This document shows positions 30,959 to 40,733 of a stretch of DNA of 64,000 bases, one piece after another. Numbering within the stretch: the stretch's first letter is position 1; each line of letters starts with the position of its first letter. The notes below the pieces were generated by a model, which saw only the letters and a program-made list of their open reading frames with translations, made no database searches and was not told the origin of the DNA. The stretch lies in assembly GCA_050951545.1 (NCBI GenBank), contig JBMNJG010000004.1:256001-320000 (forward strand), written 5' to 3'. Both the position numbers and the translations under genes were made by a program. The DNA is from Limnochordia bacterium. GTDB lineage: Bacteria; Bacillota; Limnochordia; DTU080.

Positions 30959-32257
30959 TTGCTTGTGGACGTAAAGAGGCTGGTGATGGGTCAGGAAGTA
31001 CTAGAGCGCACATTGCCTTCAGGACTGACTGTGGTTCTGCTTCACAAACCTGGTTATGCGCAGAGATTTGCCGCCTTGGCTACGAATTACGGCGGCATGG
31101 ATTCGGCTTTCGTGGTACCGGGGCAATCGCAGCCGACAGAGGTACCTGACGGTATTGCTCACTTCCTGGAGCATAAGCTGTTTGAGGAACCCGACGGAGT
31201 CGATATTTCACAGCGCTTCTCGCAGATGGGCATGAGCACAAATGCCTACACAGGCTCATACTACACGGTATATCACTTCACTACGGTAGATCACTTCGAT
31301 GAGGGGCTTGATCTGCTGCTGCATTTCGTTCAGAATCCATATTTCACCGATGAAAGCGTGGCCAAAGAGCAAGGGATCATTGAGCAAGAGATCCAGATGG
31401 GGCTCGATAGCCCGTCACGGATGGTCTACTACAATTTCATGGAGTCCATGTTCCATGTGCACCCTGCTAGAATCCGCACCATCGGTTCGGTGGAGTCCGT
31501 TGCGCGCATCAACAAAGAGCTACTTCACAGATGCTATGACACATTTTACCATCCGAGCAACATGATGCTCATAGTGGCTGGCGAGCTGGATTTTGCCAAA
31601 GTGCTCTCGCAAGTAGAAAAGGATCTGGCCACAAGAGGTTATACGACACGAGAGCCAATTACCCGCGTGACACCTACGGAGCCAGATCGCGTAGTGCACC
31701 CAGAAACCAGAATCGAGCTCAAGGTATCTCGCCCCCGGGTGATGATGGGCTTCAAGGGGAGCTTGCCAGCGGATGGTCGTCACTATCACCGACAGCTTAT
31801 CGCCGCCGATCTCGCCTTGAGTGCGGTCTTGGGAAAACTGAATCCGAGTTACTGGCAGCTGTACGAGAAGGGCGTCATCACAGAGGGTTTCCGCTTTGGC
31901 TACTCCGCGTATCGGGGGATTGGTTACGTGTGGATTGACGGTGAGTCAGAAGACGCCGACTCTTTCGTGGCTGAGGTAACAAAGACTTTGCAGCGAGCAA
32001 GCAAAGAAGGCTTACGAGCCGAATTATTCGAAGCTGCTCGTCGCCAAGAGATCGGTTCTTTTCTGGCGATGCTGGACGATCCGGAGCAGTTGGCTGGCAC
32101 TTTTATCACTCATCGTTTCAACGGATTGGACCTCATGGATATGAGGGGGTTGCTAGACGAGGTGAGCCTTGAGGATGGCCAGGCTTGCTTGGAACAGCTC
32201 ATAAGGGAAGACAATCGCGTGGTATCTATTGTGGAACCACTGAAGGGAGGGCACTGA
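30959..32257 (+). CDS. M16 family zinc peptidase (YmfH-like, active subunit)
   Basis: PDGIAHFLEHKLFE (HxxEH), NAYT, KEQGIIEQEI. Confidence 0.9.
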   Translation: MLVDVKRLVMGQEVLERTLPSGLTVVLLHKPGYAQRFAALATNYGGMDSAFVVPGQSQPTEVPDGIAHFLEHKLFEEPDGVDISQRFSQMGMSTNAYTGSYYTVYHFTTVDHFDEGLDLLLHFVQNPYFTDESVAKEQGIIEQEIQMGLDSPSRMVYYNFMESMFHVHPARIRTIGSVESVARINKELLHRCYDTFYHPSNMMLIVAGELDFAKVLSQVEKDLATRGYTTREPITRVTPTEPDRVVHPETRIELKVSRPRVMMGFKGSLPADGRHYHRQLIAADLALSAVLGKLNPSYWQLYEKGVITEGFRFGYSAYRGIGYVWIDGESEDADSFVAEVTKTLQRASKEGLRAELFEAARRQEIGSFLAMLDDPEQLAGTFITHRFNGLDLMDMRGLLDEVSLEDGQACLEQLIREDNRVVSIVEPLKGGH

Positions 32258-32258
32258 G

Positions 32259-33539
32259 ATGAGTGTGACACAAGGGTTCTTGCAGATACCGCTAGGTCCG
32301 GGGATTCGACTTTTCGTGCACACTGTGCCTACCTTCAAGCGTACAAGCGCAGCGGTCTTTCTCCACAACTTGCTTTCGCCGCAGGATGTAGCCAAAGTAG
32401 GGATCCTACCGCGGGTACAGCGTCGTGGAAATACCCTGTGGCCTACTGCCTTGGCCTTGGAACGAGAACTCGCCTCGTTATATGGCGCTCACCTGGGTAC
32501 GGGGGTGCAAAAGCGTGGGGATCGTCAGATTTCGTGGTTCTTGCTCAATCTTCCTGGTGATCGCTACGTAGATACGCCTATCTTGAGCCGGGGATTGCGA
32601 TTACTGCGAGAGGTGATCCTGTCTCCCGTCATAGAGAACGGAGGCTTGGCCCGCGAGTACGTTGAACAGGAGAGACAACTGCAGGTGGGGCGGATTCGCT
32701 CCCTCATCAACGTTAAGTCTAGCTGGGCGGTATTCCGCTGCATTGAGGAGATGTATCGCGATGAACCGTTCCGGCTCTTTGAGTTCGGTACGGAAGAGCA
32801 AGTGCGTGCATTGACGCCGGAGGGGCTTCTGCGCACCCATGCGAGGCAAACTCGTGAGGCACCTATCGACATCTACGTTGTGGGTGATGTGGACCTCGAT
32901 GCACTGAAAAGAGTAGTGGGTGGGTTCTCCTTGCCCACGAGAACTCCTCGAGAGTTGCCCAAGACTGCAGTGCTTTCGGGACGGGAAGAGGTGCACACGG
33001 TCATTGACGAGGAAGTGATGGGGCAGGGATGGTTGGTGCTCGGCTTCCGTACAGACATTGCCTACTCGGACAATGAGCGCTATGCTATGCACTTCCTCAA
33101 TGGCGTGTTGGGTGGTTTTGTGCACTCAAAACTGTTTCTCAATGTGCGGGAGAAGGCCAGTTTGGCCTACCAAGCGAGTTCCGGCTACAACGCTAACAAA
33201 GGGTACGTGCTTGCTTTGGCTGGGATCGATCCGAACAAGTATGATCAGGCGCTGGAGATCATGATCAGGCAGGTGGATGCGATCCGCCAAGGGGATATCT
33301 CCGATGAAGAGATGAATGCTACGCGCAGTAGACTAGTCGCGCGGGCGTTATTGACACGGGACGACCCCTTGGCACAGATGATGACGCACCTGAGTGGATC
33401 AATGGAAGGCGTCGAAGAGACAGCCGATGAGTTCGTAGGTCGTCTGCAGCGTGTGACCAAAAAAGAGATTGTCGATGTAGCTGAACGGGTCCGCCTTGAT
33501 ACTATCTACTTCCTGAAGGGTGTGGCCCAACAGCCTTAG
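32259..33539 (+). CDS. M16 family peptidase-like subunit (YmfF-like, no HxxEH)
   Basis: LYGA, VLGG..HSKLF.NVREKASLAY, LDTIYFL. Confidence 0.85.
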   Translation: MSVTQGFLQIPLGPGIRLFVHTVPTFKRTSAAVFLHNLLSPQDVAKVGILPRVQRRGNTLWPTALALERELASLYGAHLGTGVQKRGDRQISWFLLNLPGDRYVDTPILSRGLRLLREVILSPVIENGGLAREYVEQERQLQVGRIRSLINVKSSWAVFRCIEEMYRDEPFRLFEFGTEEQVRALTPEGLLRTHARQTREAPIDIYVVGDVDLDALKRVVGGFSLPTRTPRELPKTAVLSGREEVHTVIDEEVMGQGWLVLGFRTDIAYSDNERYAMHFLNGVLGGFVHSKLFLNVREKASLAYQASSGYNANKGYVLALAGIDPNKYDQALEIMIRQVDAIRQGDISDEEMNATRSRLVARALLTRDDPLAQMMTHLSGSMEGVEETADEFVGRLQRVTKKEIVDVAERVRLDTIYFLKGVAQQP

Positions 33540-33544
33540 CATAT

Positions 33545-34591
33545 TCATAGCTGCTCGCGTTCCCACATAGAGCGAACCAGCTCTCGCCGGGAGAGGGGGA
33601 GTTGGCTCGCTCTTTGCAATGCGCGCACGCCAAAGCGATTTTGCACGGATCGCACAATGCCAGCCAGCTCCTCGTTGTTGGCACCTGCGTTGGCGTCGAA
33701 TATGGAGGATTGCTCTAGGCGGGGGAGTTCAAGATTCTCGCCGTAGAGCCTGAGTTCCAGTACGGGTGCTGTAATGGATGCCGAGGCCCACAGGCGGCGG
33801 GCAGCCCCCAACAGGGCGTCTCGGCGAAATGCAGGTTGTCGCAGAAGACAAGATGGCTGCAAAAAGCCTTCTCGCCATGTGATCTCGAGTCGCATCCGGC
33901 GAGCGGCTATACCCCGCTGCTCCAAAGTGACAGCCAATTCCGTACTCAGACAAAGCAGTACCTGGTCGACTGCTTGGGTATTCAGGACGCCCGAGCTGTC
34001 TGGTGCTACTCGAAACGAGGCCACAACTCGGTGCGGGGGGTACAATGAGCGAATAGTTCGAGGGTCTTCTCCTGTTGCCAAGCGGCGCAGAAGAGGTCCT
34101 TTTCTTGTGCCAAATTGAGCGGTGAGTTCCTTTGCAGGTACGCAAGCCAGTTCATCAAAGGTGTAGACGCCCAGATCCCTGAGGCGCTCTATCAAGTCTC
34201 CGGCATCTGCCGTCTCACTTTCTGTCAGGTAACTGACGGACAAAGGAGCCAGAAACTCTCTTTCGCGGCCGCTGGCAATGACGAGAGGGCGAAGCGAAGA
34301 GTCTACTGCGGAAGACGATAGGCGTAGCAAATATGCAACGGCACAGCGAGCCACCCACCTTGTAGAAGCTACACCTATCCAAACAGGGTTCTGGCAGGCA
34401 GCGACCGCTTCAGCTTGGAGCAAAGGAAGATTGGGGGAGCGGCTACCTGAAAGATCGACAAGGAGGCCATGAGGAGGGGTAGGTTCTAGTGTAGGCGAGA
34501 AATGCATACACACTTCACAGACCCGATGCAGTGCATCTGGCTCTGCAAGCGGTATATGAAGCGCAGCTAAGCGCATATTTGTTTTGGACAC
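33545..34591 (-). CDS. ImuB-like inactive Y-family DNA polymerase
   Basis: FSP.LE, LVDLSG, IGVAST..VA, FLAPL.V, L.DLGV.T..EL; lacks catalytic acidic motifs; clamp-like QSSIF and C-terminal RFG..AL.RAS; GTG start at 34591. Confidence 0.75.
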   Translation of the reverse strand: MSKTNMRLAALHIPLAEPDALHRVCEVCMHFSPTLEPTPPHGLLVDLSGSRSPNLPLLQAEAVAACQNPVWIGVASTRWVARCAVAYLLRLSSSAVDSSLRPLVIASGREREFLAPLSVSYLTESETADAGDLIERLRDLGVYTFDELACVPAKELTAQFGTRKGPLLRRLATGEDPRTIRSLYPPHRVVASFRVAPDSSGVLNTQAVDQVLLCLSTELAVTLEQRGIAARRMRLEITWREGFLQPSCLLRQPAFRRDALLGAARRLWASASITAPVLELRLYGENLELPRLEQSSIFDANAGANNEELAGIVRSVQNRFGVRALQRASQLPLSRRELVRSMWEREQL

Positions 34592-34614
34592 CCGGACCCC
34601 TCCTGTCAATTGGA

Positions 34615-34628
34615 GGAACGTACGTTCC
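34615..34628. promoter_or_regulatory. LexA (SOS) box upstream of the imuB-like gene
   Basis: Perfect palindrome GGAACGTACGTTCC just downstream of TTGCAT-18-TACAAT (34663-34634, minus strand). Confidence 0.8.
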
Positions 34629-34668
34629 CTTATATTGTACGCCGAGTGCCCCTCATTATGCAAGGAGG

Positions 34669-35427
34669 CTAGACATCCACTACGAGCCCGTCATAAGCTG
34701 GCCAGATACCAGCAGGTAGCGAGGTGACCAGCTCTGCGTGATCCACTTCGTGACACAAATGTGTAAGATACGCCCGCGCAGGTCGTAGCGTTTCAATGAC
34801 TCGAATGGCTTCGCCAATGCTGAGATGTGTGCGATGAGGTGTATACCGCAGCGCGTCTAGCACCAGCACATCGAGATTCCGTAAGGAGGCCATAGTCTGA
34901 TCAGGTATCATGCTGCAGTCGGTTACGTAGGCAAAGTCGCCGATGCGAAAACCCGTGACTGGCGCTGCACCGTGATACACTGTCAGCGGCTCGATAATCT
35001 GACCAAAGAGAGAAAACGGGCCATTGATAACATGCGGCACTGCTCGAGGGATGGCCCAGTCGTTGCGACCGAGGTCAAAGATGTAGCCAAACAGGCATTG
35101 TAGGGTGTCGAGCGTCTCCTGATTCGCATACACAGGGATAGCTTGACGCTGTACCTGGCAAAAACGACGGATATCGTCGAAACCGAAAACGTGATCAGCG
35201 TGAGCGTGACTGAACAGCACTGCGTCAAGGCGTTTCAGCCCATAGCGCAAGGCCTGCACACGAAACTCGGGTGCTGTATCAATCACCACATGGTGGCCTG
35301 CGAATTCCAGCCAGACGCTTGGACGTAGCCTCTTATTCTCTGGTAACGGTGAACAGCATACGGAACAGTCACAACCAATCACAGGAACGCCATGCGATGT
35401 GCCTGTCCCTAGAAATGTGACGCGCAT
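34669..35427 (-). CDS. PhnP-like metallo-beta-lactamase fold hydrolase
   Basis: FLGTGTSHGVPVIGCDC, SHAHADHVFG, AYVTD, THLCH, AYDG. Confidence 0.9.
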   Translation of the reverse strand: MRVTFLGTGTSHGVPVIGCDCSVCCSPLPENKRLRPSVWLEFAGHHVVIDTAPEFRVQALRYGLKRLDAVLFSHAHADHVFGFDDIRRFCQVQRQAIPVYANQETLDTLQCLFGYIFDLGRNDWAIPRAVPHVINGPFSLFGQIIEPLTVYHGAAPVTGFRIGDFAYVTDCSMIPDQTMASLRNLDVLVLDALRYTPHRTHLSIGEAIRVIETLRPARAYLTHLCHEVDHAELVTSLPAGIWPAYDGLVVDV

Positions 35428-35532
35428 ACGCTGCCTCCCACCTCTGCGCTTCCTCTTTGAACAGCACTTCTCCAGGCATGCGACTCCCTCCTGGCCCATA
35501 TATTCTAATGAACCATCAGCGGGGGGAGAAAG

Positions 35533-36135
35533 ATGAAACTGAAAGAATCAGCCATTCTCCACTTTAGCCGTACTCCTTTGAAGCACCCCATGAGCAAGTA
35601 TCTATTGCAGTTCATATTGGATGCACCTGAGCTTCTCAAGCGGATCACGTTTGTGCGCAATCGGGAGCATCTGCCCAATACCATGCTTGTCTCCGAGTTG
35701 GGAAGCCCTCGCGTCGGTTTTGAGCTCGAACTGGGAGTTCGCCAGCGCGAAGAGGTGAGCATCATCAATGGCGAGTTAGTACGCCAGACGCGCCGTGACC
35801 GTAACCTATGCATTAACGAGCCCATGGAGGCCATCGCACCCTTGCGTGTCTTTCGAGGTCATCTGTATGTCACCTTCTCGTTCTGTGGTCCCATGCCGCC
35901 ATGGTATCTGAATGTGTTGGAGTCGCCTCCGGCCTCACTCAACGACCCGCACCAGCTGACAAGCGTGGATAGAGTGCTACGCGAAATCCTTCGGGATCAG
36001 CTTGATCTGGCAATTCAGGCCATCTTGATCAGGGCGGCCATTGATCAGGCTCTGGCCAATCGAGACCTCGAGTCGTTTCGACAGAATGCCAGGATCTATC
36101 GGGAGGTCATGAATCGCTGCCTTTGGGGCCTGTAG
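35533..36135 (+). CDS. YpiB-like protein with C-terminal IDEAL domain
   Basis: LL.FI......L.RI.FV N-terminus; IDQAL..RD...F C-terminus. Confidence 0.65.
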   Translation: MKLKESAILHFSRTPLKHPMSKYLLQFILDAPELLKRITFVRNREHLPNTMLVSELGSPRVGFELELGVRQREEVSIINGELVRQTRRDRNLCINEPMEAIAPLRVFRGHLYVTFSFCGPMPPWYLNVLESPPASLNDPHQLTSVDRVLREILRDQLDLAIQAILIRAAIDQALANRDLESFRQNARIYREVMNRCLWGL

Positions 36136-36233
36136 GAAACAAGCAGGAGACTTGGGCGCATAGAGGAAGTCTAGACTCAGTCGCCGCGCCCGCTCGAGTA
36201 GCGCGAGCAATATGCAGGGGGAGGCCGTCGCCC

Positions 36234-36803
36234 TTGCCTATCCATCCAACACTTCACAGCTCTACGCATAGCAAGCTGTATGAGTTTGTTCACACAATGG
36301 CAGGCGCAATACTACTTTCAGTGTTGGTCATGGCCTTTGTTGTCAGAGCTTTCACGGTCGACGGACCTTCAATGATGCCTACCCTGCAGTCGGGGGAGCG
36401 GCTTCTGGTAGACAGAATAACCTACCGTCTGCGATCGCCGCAGCGAGGGGAAGTCGTGGTATTTCGCTTCCCGAGCGATCCAAGGCAGTTCTATATAAAA
36501 AGGGTGATTGGCGTCCCGGGCGATAGAATTGTGATCACCCATGGTCGGGTGTATGTCAACGGCGTAATCCTGGACGAGCCGTACACAGACACTTCCGTTC
36601 TTGGAGCCTTTGGGCCTTACACAGTACCTCAAGACCACCTCTTCATGCTAGGTGATAATCGCAACAACTCCGAAGACAGTCGCAATCAACGCGTCGGTTT
36701 CGTTGCCTATCGCATGGTGGTGGGTAGAGCACTGTGGCGCTACTGGCCGCTGACTCGTGCTGGTTCACTGGGAGATCCGAAGCTGGCTCGGGCCTCGTCG
36801 TGA
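36234..36803 (+). CDS. lepB: Signal peptidase I
   Basis: VDGPSMMPTL, YIKRVIG.PGD, MLGDNRNNSEDSR; start uncertain. Confidence 0.93.
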   Translation: MPIHPTLHSSTHSKLYEFVHTMAGAILLSVLVMAFVVRAFTVDGPSMMPTLQSGERLLVDRITYRLRSPQRGEVVVFRFPSDPRQFYIKRVIGVPGDRIVITHGRVYVNGVILDEPYTDTSVLGAFGPYTVPQDHLFMLGDNRNNSEDSRNQRVGFVAYRMVVGRALWRYWPLTRAGSLGDPKLARASS

Positions 36804-37964
36804 TCAGGGGTGAGGCTGATGGTCAGGGAAGGCCAAGTCCGTACCCGGATGGATGAGAGCGGGGTCGTGAATCTGGTTGGCGGCCGCTAAGCGGGGGTAC
36901 TCTAGAGGATCGCCCATAAGCGTTTTGCTGATCTCCCACAGCGTGTCGCCAGGCTTGACGCGATAGGTCATCCCAGAAGAGGCTGGGGCAGGTGACGGTT
37001 CAGCCCTCTCTACTGGTAACGTGACTGGTTGCGGGGCCAAGGCGTCCTGTCCGTCGGCATCCAGCTCATGTTGTTGTGCCTGCTGCAACTCTTCTTGCAG
37101 TTGGTGCAGTTCCTGCTGTCGTTGGGTACCCGAAAACCACAAGCGCGTAAGGCTCCAAGGAAGGCCAGGCCATAGCAGGAGAGTCAACAGCAACGCGATA
37201 ACCAGTCCCCAGACAAGAGGTACTGCAGGACGGCGCTGCTCTCGCTCAGACCCTGTACTTGCTTCTTCGCCAATCAGCTGCCCCTCCTTTTCAGTTTCAG
37301 TCGGCTGTACGGTCGACACAAAGGAGTGCCGTGTCTGGCTTTGCACGTTTCCCCCGAGCTGCCATGAGGAGCCATAGAAGGGGCCACGAATATCCAAGAG
37401 GGTGCTAAAGGGCTCCTTACGTGAGTCCCAGATGGCAAAACCTTCTAGAGGGAGCAGCTTCTTATCGCACCAGTGGTAGAAGCGCGAGACATTCTGCGCT
37501 GTGTCAACGGCAAGCGCGACTTGCCAAGGATGGCTAAAGAAACGATGCTGTGTGAAGCGATCGTAGCTACTAAGCTCAACCCCCTGGTTGGGATGGCTGA
37601 AGAACCAGCCTACGACAAGGGTGTCCGGATAGTCGCGCTGCCAAAGAGTATGCATGTACTCCCAAGAACGCTCATTAAGACTGACAGCGCCTCCGACGAT
37701 CTCGGCAAACCGAGCCTCTAGTGCACCGGAGACCAAAAGGAAGGGGCGTTCGCTTTGAGCAACATACCCGAGCAGAATGCCTCCAGCTTCTTTGTCTGGC
37801 TCGTTCATCAAGTGCCTGCCAATGAGGTCGGCGGCCTCCACAGACAGGAATACCCCTAGAGGTTCATCGTCCGGTGATCCTACGGGTTGTCCCAGATGCG
37901 GTTCGTGTCCGGGGGGGAGCTGACTCATTTCGGGGCCCCGGTGGTACCAGGTGCTGTCGGCCAT
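36804..37964 (-). CDS. MPN/JAB-like domain + transmembrane helix + LysM protein
   Basis: EAGGILLG, VVGWFFSHP.....LSSYD; central TM helix; C-terminal YRVKPGDTLWEIS...NQIHDPALIHPG. Confidence 0.75.
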   Translation of the reverse strand: MADSTWYHRGPEMSQLPPGHEPHLGQPVGSPDDEPLGVFLSVEAADLIGRHLMNEPDKEAGGILLGYVAQSERPFLLVSGALEARFAEIVGGAVSLNERSWEYMHTLWQRDYPDTLVVGWFFSHPNQGVELSSYDRFTQHRFFSHPWQVALAVDTAQNVSRFYHWCDKKLLPLEGFAIWDSRKEPFSTLLDIRGPFYGSSWQLGGNVQSQTRHSFVSTVQPTETEKEGQLIGEEASTGSEREQRRPAVPLVWGLVIALLLTLLLWPGLPWSLTRLWFSGTQRQQELHQLQEELQQAQQHELDADGQDALAPQPVTLPVERAEPSPAPASSGMTYRVKPGDTLWEISKTLMGDPLEYPRLAAANQIHDPALIHPGTDLAFPDHQPHP

Positions 37965-38126
37965 GGTATTTGCTCCTTCACGCCAAGTGTAGCCATTCGT
38001 GTGTGATATGGTCTTCCGCAGGGCCATGTCGTTTCCTCCCGCGAACGGTGAAGCGAATCAAGGAGAAAACGATGTGAGAGCGAATAGCTTCAGGCATGAC
38101 TTGAGGCTGGAACTGGAGGAGAGTAT

Positions 38127-38783
38127 GTGGATTTCACCGCAGCGTCGACTCATTTGCAGCGTATTGCGCGCTCGGGCATCATTGCCGTGATGCGTGGCAT
38201 GCAGGCGGATACGGTTATTCAGGTAGCGCGAGCGCTTAGAGCGGGAGGCGTCGAGGCTCTAGAGGTTACGCTCGATGCACCAGGAGCTCTACGCATGATC
38301 GAAGAGGTTACGGCGACTTTGGGGAACGAGGCTTTGGTTGGCGCAGGCACTGTATTGGATCCAGAGACCGCACGGGCGTCGATCCTGGCGGGAGCAGATT
38401 TCATCTTTACGCCTGCATTGAATGTAGAGGTCATCGCCCTGGCGAATCGTTACGGCAAGGTCGTCATTCCCGGAGTGATGACACCCACGGAGATTGTTCA
38501 GGCTTGTTCGGCTGGTGCCCCCGCCGTAAAGATCTTTCCGGCTGGTGTATTGGGACCCGGCTACCTGCGTCAGGTACGTGGGCCGCTACCACAGGTTCCC
38601 ATGATTCCGACAGGGGGCATCAGCTCCGAAAACGCTGCACAGTTTATTCAGGCAGGGGCTATGGCGGTGGGGGTGGGAGGAGCCTTGGTTGATCTGAAGG
38701 CGATCACCACTGGCCGCTTTGAGGTAATCACAGAGAACGCTAAGGCATTGGTCAGGGTCGTTCAAGAGGCTCGAGCCCGCTGA
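38127..38783 (+). CDS. eda: KDPG/KHG aldolase
   Basis: IIAVMR, LEVT, VGAGTVL, PGVMTPTE, VKIFPA, PTGGI. Confidence 0.93.
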   Translation: MDFTAASTHLQRIARSGIIAVMRGMQADTVIQVARALRAGGVEALEVTLDAPGALRMIEEVTATLGNEALVGAGTVLDPETARASILAGADFIFTPALNVEVIALANRYGKVVIPGVMTPTEIVQACSAGAPAVKIFPAGVLGPGYLRQVRGPLPQVPMIPTGGISSENAAQFIQAGAMAVGVGGALVDLKAITTGRFEVITENAKALVRVVQEARAR

Positions 38784-38885
38784 TGGCGCCAGCCAACGCA
38801 TCGGTGCCTGAGCGATCAACTAGCATGGCCTCTGTGGCAGGCTATCTGTTGGAGACGATAGGCCAATCCGCGCTTTTGGTGGTAA

Positions 38886-39107
38886 TCAGTCGTACTCCCC
38901 AGTTTCCAACATGTCGGGGTCGCTGAACACAAAGCGATAGGTGGCTACGAGTCGGCCATCGACGATGCGAAGCGACTGGACCACTCGGTCAGGCGGGTGC
39001 GGGAGTCGCAGTGTATACTCAAAGAGCTCGTTGTCGTCCTCTGGCAGGCCTTCAAAAGGATCTTCCCTGGATCCAAACCAGTCTTCCATGCGGTTGAACT
39101 TGCTCAA
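38886..39107 (-). CDS. Small acidic hypothetical protein
   Basis: TTG start after GGGAGGTG; 73 aa, D/E-rich. Confidence 0.5.
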   Translation of the reverse strand: MSKFNRMEDWFGSREDPFEGLPEDDNELFEYTLRLPHPPDRVVQSLRIVDGRLVATYRFVFSDPDMLETGEYD

Positions 39108-39240
39108 CTCAAGCACCTCCCGGGTACAGTGCATATGTTAGCAGCCTTTGCCAACAAACACATGGATTATACAGTCACCTCTTGGGGTTGTCAACAACCG
39201 TGGTTCGCGCGACCTGGAAATACGCTTAGCGGGGTGTGCT

Positions 39241-40728
39241 ATGCTTTTGGCGGAAATCGAGCGGTATCTTGTGCTCGGAGGCACCTTCTTCAGCCGGGGT
39301 CTCCTGTTAGCCGCCCGCGATGCATGGGAGAGGGCGCAAGGCTTGCTCGAGCCTTCTTTGCCCGCGGGATATGGCGTACGCATTCACAACGCCTTGGGAT
39401 CTCTATTCCTTGAGTTGCGCTCCTATACGAATGCCCTACGTCATTTCCATTGTGCCAAGGAGTTCTGTGCCATGGCGGGCAACAAGCAGCCCGAATACTG
39501 CCGAGTACTCAACAACCTGGCCCTCAGCTATCTGCAGATGGGGGATTTGGATGCAGCACTGCCACTATCGTTGGAGGCCGTAGAGCTCTTTCCTTCAGGA
39601 GGGCCAATGGAGTTGCACGCCTCCATCAAACTCGTTGCTGGTGTCAGCCAGCTCAATCATGAGGAATGGCAGCGAGCTCGTGAACACCTGGAGTGTGCGC
39701 TTGACATGTTCTCAGAGATGGGGAAAAGCCGCGAGAAGGGGATGTGCCTCAATAATCTGGGTATTATCGCCATGGAACAGGGTGACCTAACCGCTGCACA
39801 GACTCTCCTGGAGTCTGCACTGTCTGTCTTGGAGTTGGTGCATGATGTGGCGCCGCGAGCATATGCCCGCACGGAACTGGGACGCTTGCACTTCAAACAA
39901 GGGGATGTGCCGCAGGCGCTGCATCAAGGCAGTGCTGCTCTGCACACTCTATGGAGGAACATGGGATGGATGGATCGCGCTGAAGTAGCTCGGCTGTGTC
40001 GTCTTTTTGGCTCTATCTTTACCCTGAAAGGCGACCGGACCACAGCTCTAGGGTACCTTCAGCGAGCGACAACCTACTTCGCTCAGAGTCAGATGTGGCG
40101 GGAGTGGGCTCTCGCTACCCATGAACTTGACGGCGTAATTCGGAAGCGAAGTCTACAGCGAGAGCGAATCGTCGTGGAGTGGCAGGACCAAGAGCTGTTG
40201 CGCTACCTCACAACTCTGCTGGGACTCATGGACACCCTGGAGAGTCTGTACCCGGAATCGCTACGCACACTTGAGCTCGTCATTCGCTATGTGCGAGTGT
40301 TGGGCGGTGCCACTGGTGTTGATGAGCCGCGTCTTTCTCAACTGATGACAGCGGCGCGCCTTCGCGATGCTGGGCTGACCAGCGATAGCGACACAGCCGC
40401 TGGCAGGGAGACGCCAGGGGGTGGCCATCCTGCCATGAGTGAACGTGTCTTGGCCATGTTTGGGATGCCGGTTGAAGTGCTACGAGCGGTGCGACACCAT
40501 CACGAAAACTACGATGGCTCGGGCTACCCAGAGGGCCTGGAGGGGGTAGCCATACCACTGGAATCACGCATCTTGAGTTTGGCCGAGAGGTATGTAGGCG
40601 CGGTTGAGTATGAACTGGCGCACGGCCTAGGTTTCCACGAGCGAGCCATGAAGCGCTTGCTCCGCGAACGGGAGCAGTTTGATCCCCGGTTGCTCGATAT
40701 CTTTGAGAAACTGCATCATATCCTCTAA
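39241..40728 (+). CDS. TPR-repeat protein with C-terminal degenerate HD-GYP domain
   Basis: About 6 TPR-like helices (NALG, NNLA, NNLG, TELG, RLFG); HHHENYDGSGYPEGL..IPLESRIL; HD replaced by RD; ORF open from 39148. Confidence 0.85.
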   Translation: MLLAEIERYLVLGGTFFSRGLLLAARDAWERAQGLLEPSLPAGYGVRIHNALGSLFLELRSYTNALRHFHCAKEFCAMAGNKQPEYCRVLNNLALSYLQMGDLDAALPLSLEAVELFPSGGPMELHASIKLVAGVSQLNHEEWQRAREHLECALDMFSEMGKSREKGMCLNNLGIIAMEQGDLTAAQTLLESALSVLELVHDVAPRAYARTELGRLHFKQGDVPQALHQGSAALHTLWRNMGWMDRAEVARLCRLFGSIFTLKGDRTTALGYLQRATTYFAQSQMWREWALATHELDGVIRKRSLQRERIVVEWQDQELLRYLTTLLGLMDTLESLYPESLRTLELVIRYVRVLGGATGVDEPRLSQLMTAARLRDAGLTSDSDTAAGRETPGGGHPAMSERVLAMFGMPVEVLRAVRHHHENYDGSGYPEGLEGVAIPLESRILSLAERYVGAVEYELAHGLGFHERAMKRLLREREQFDPRLLDIFEKLHHIL

Positions 40729-40733
40729 GGGCC

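Noticed and set aside
39154-39170. SOS-like box CAAACACATGGATT
   Set aside because: Too many mismatches to GAAC-N4-GTTC.
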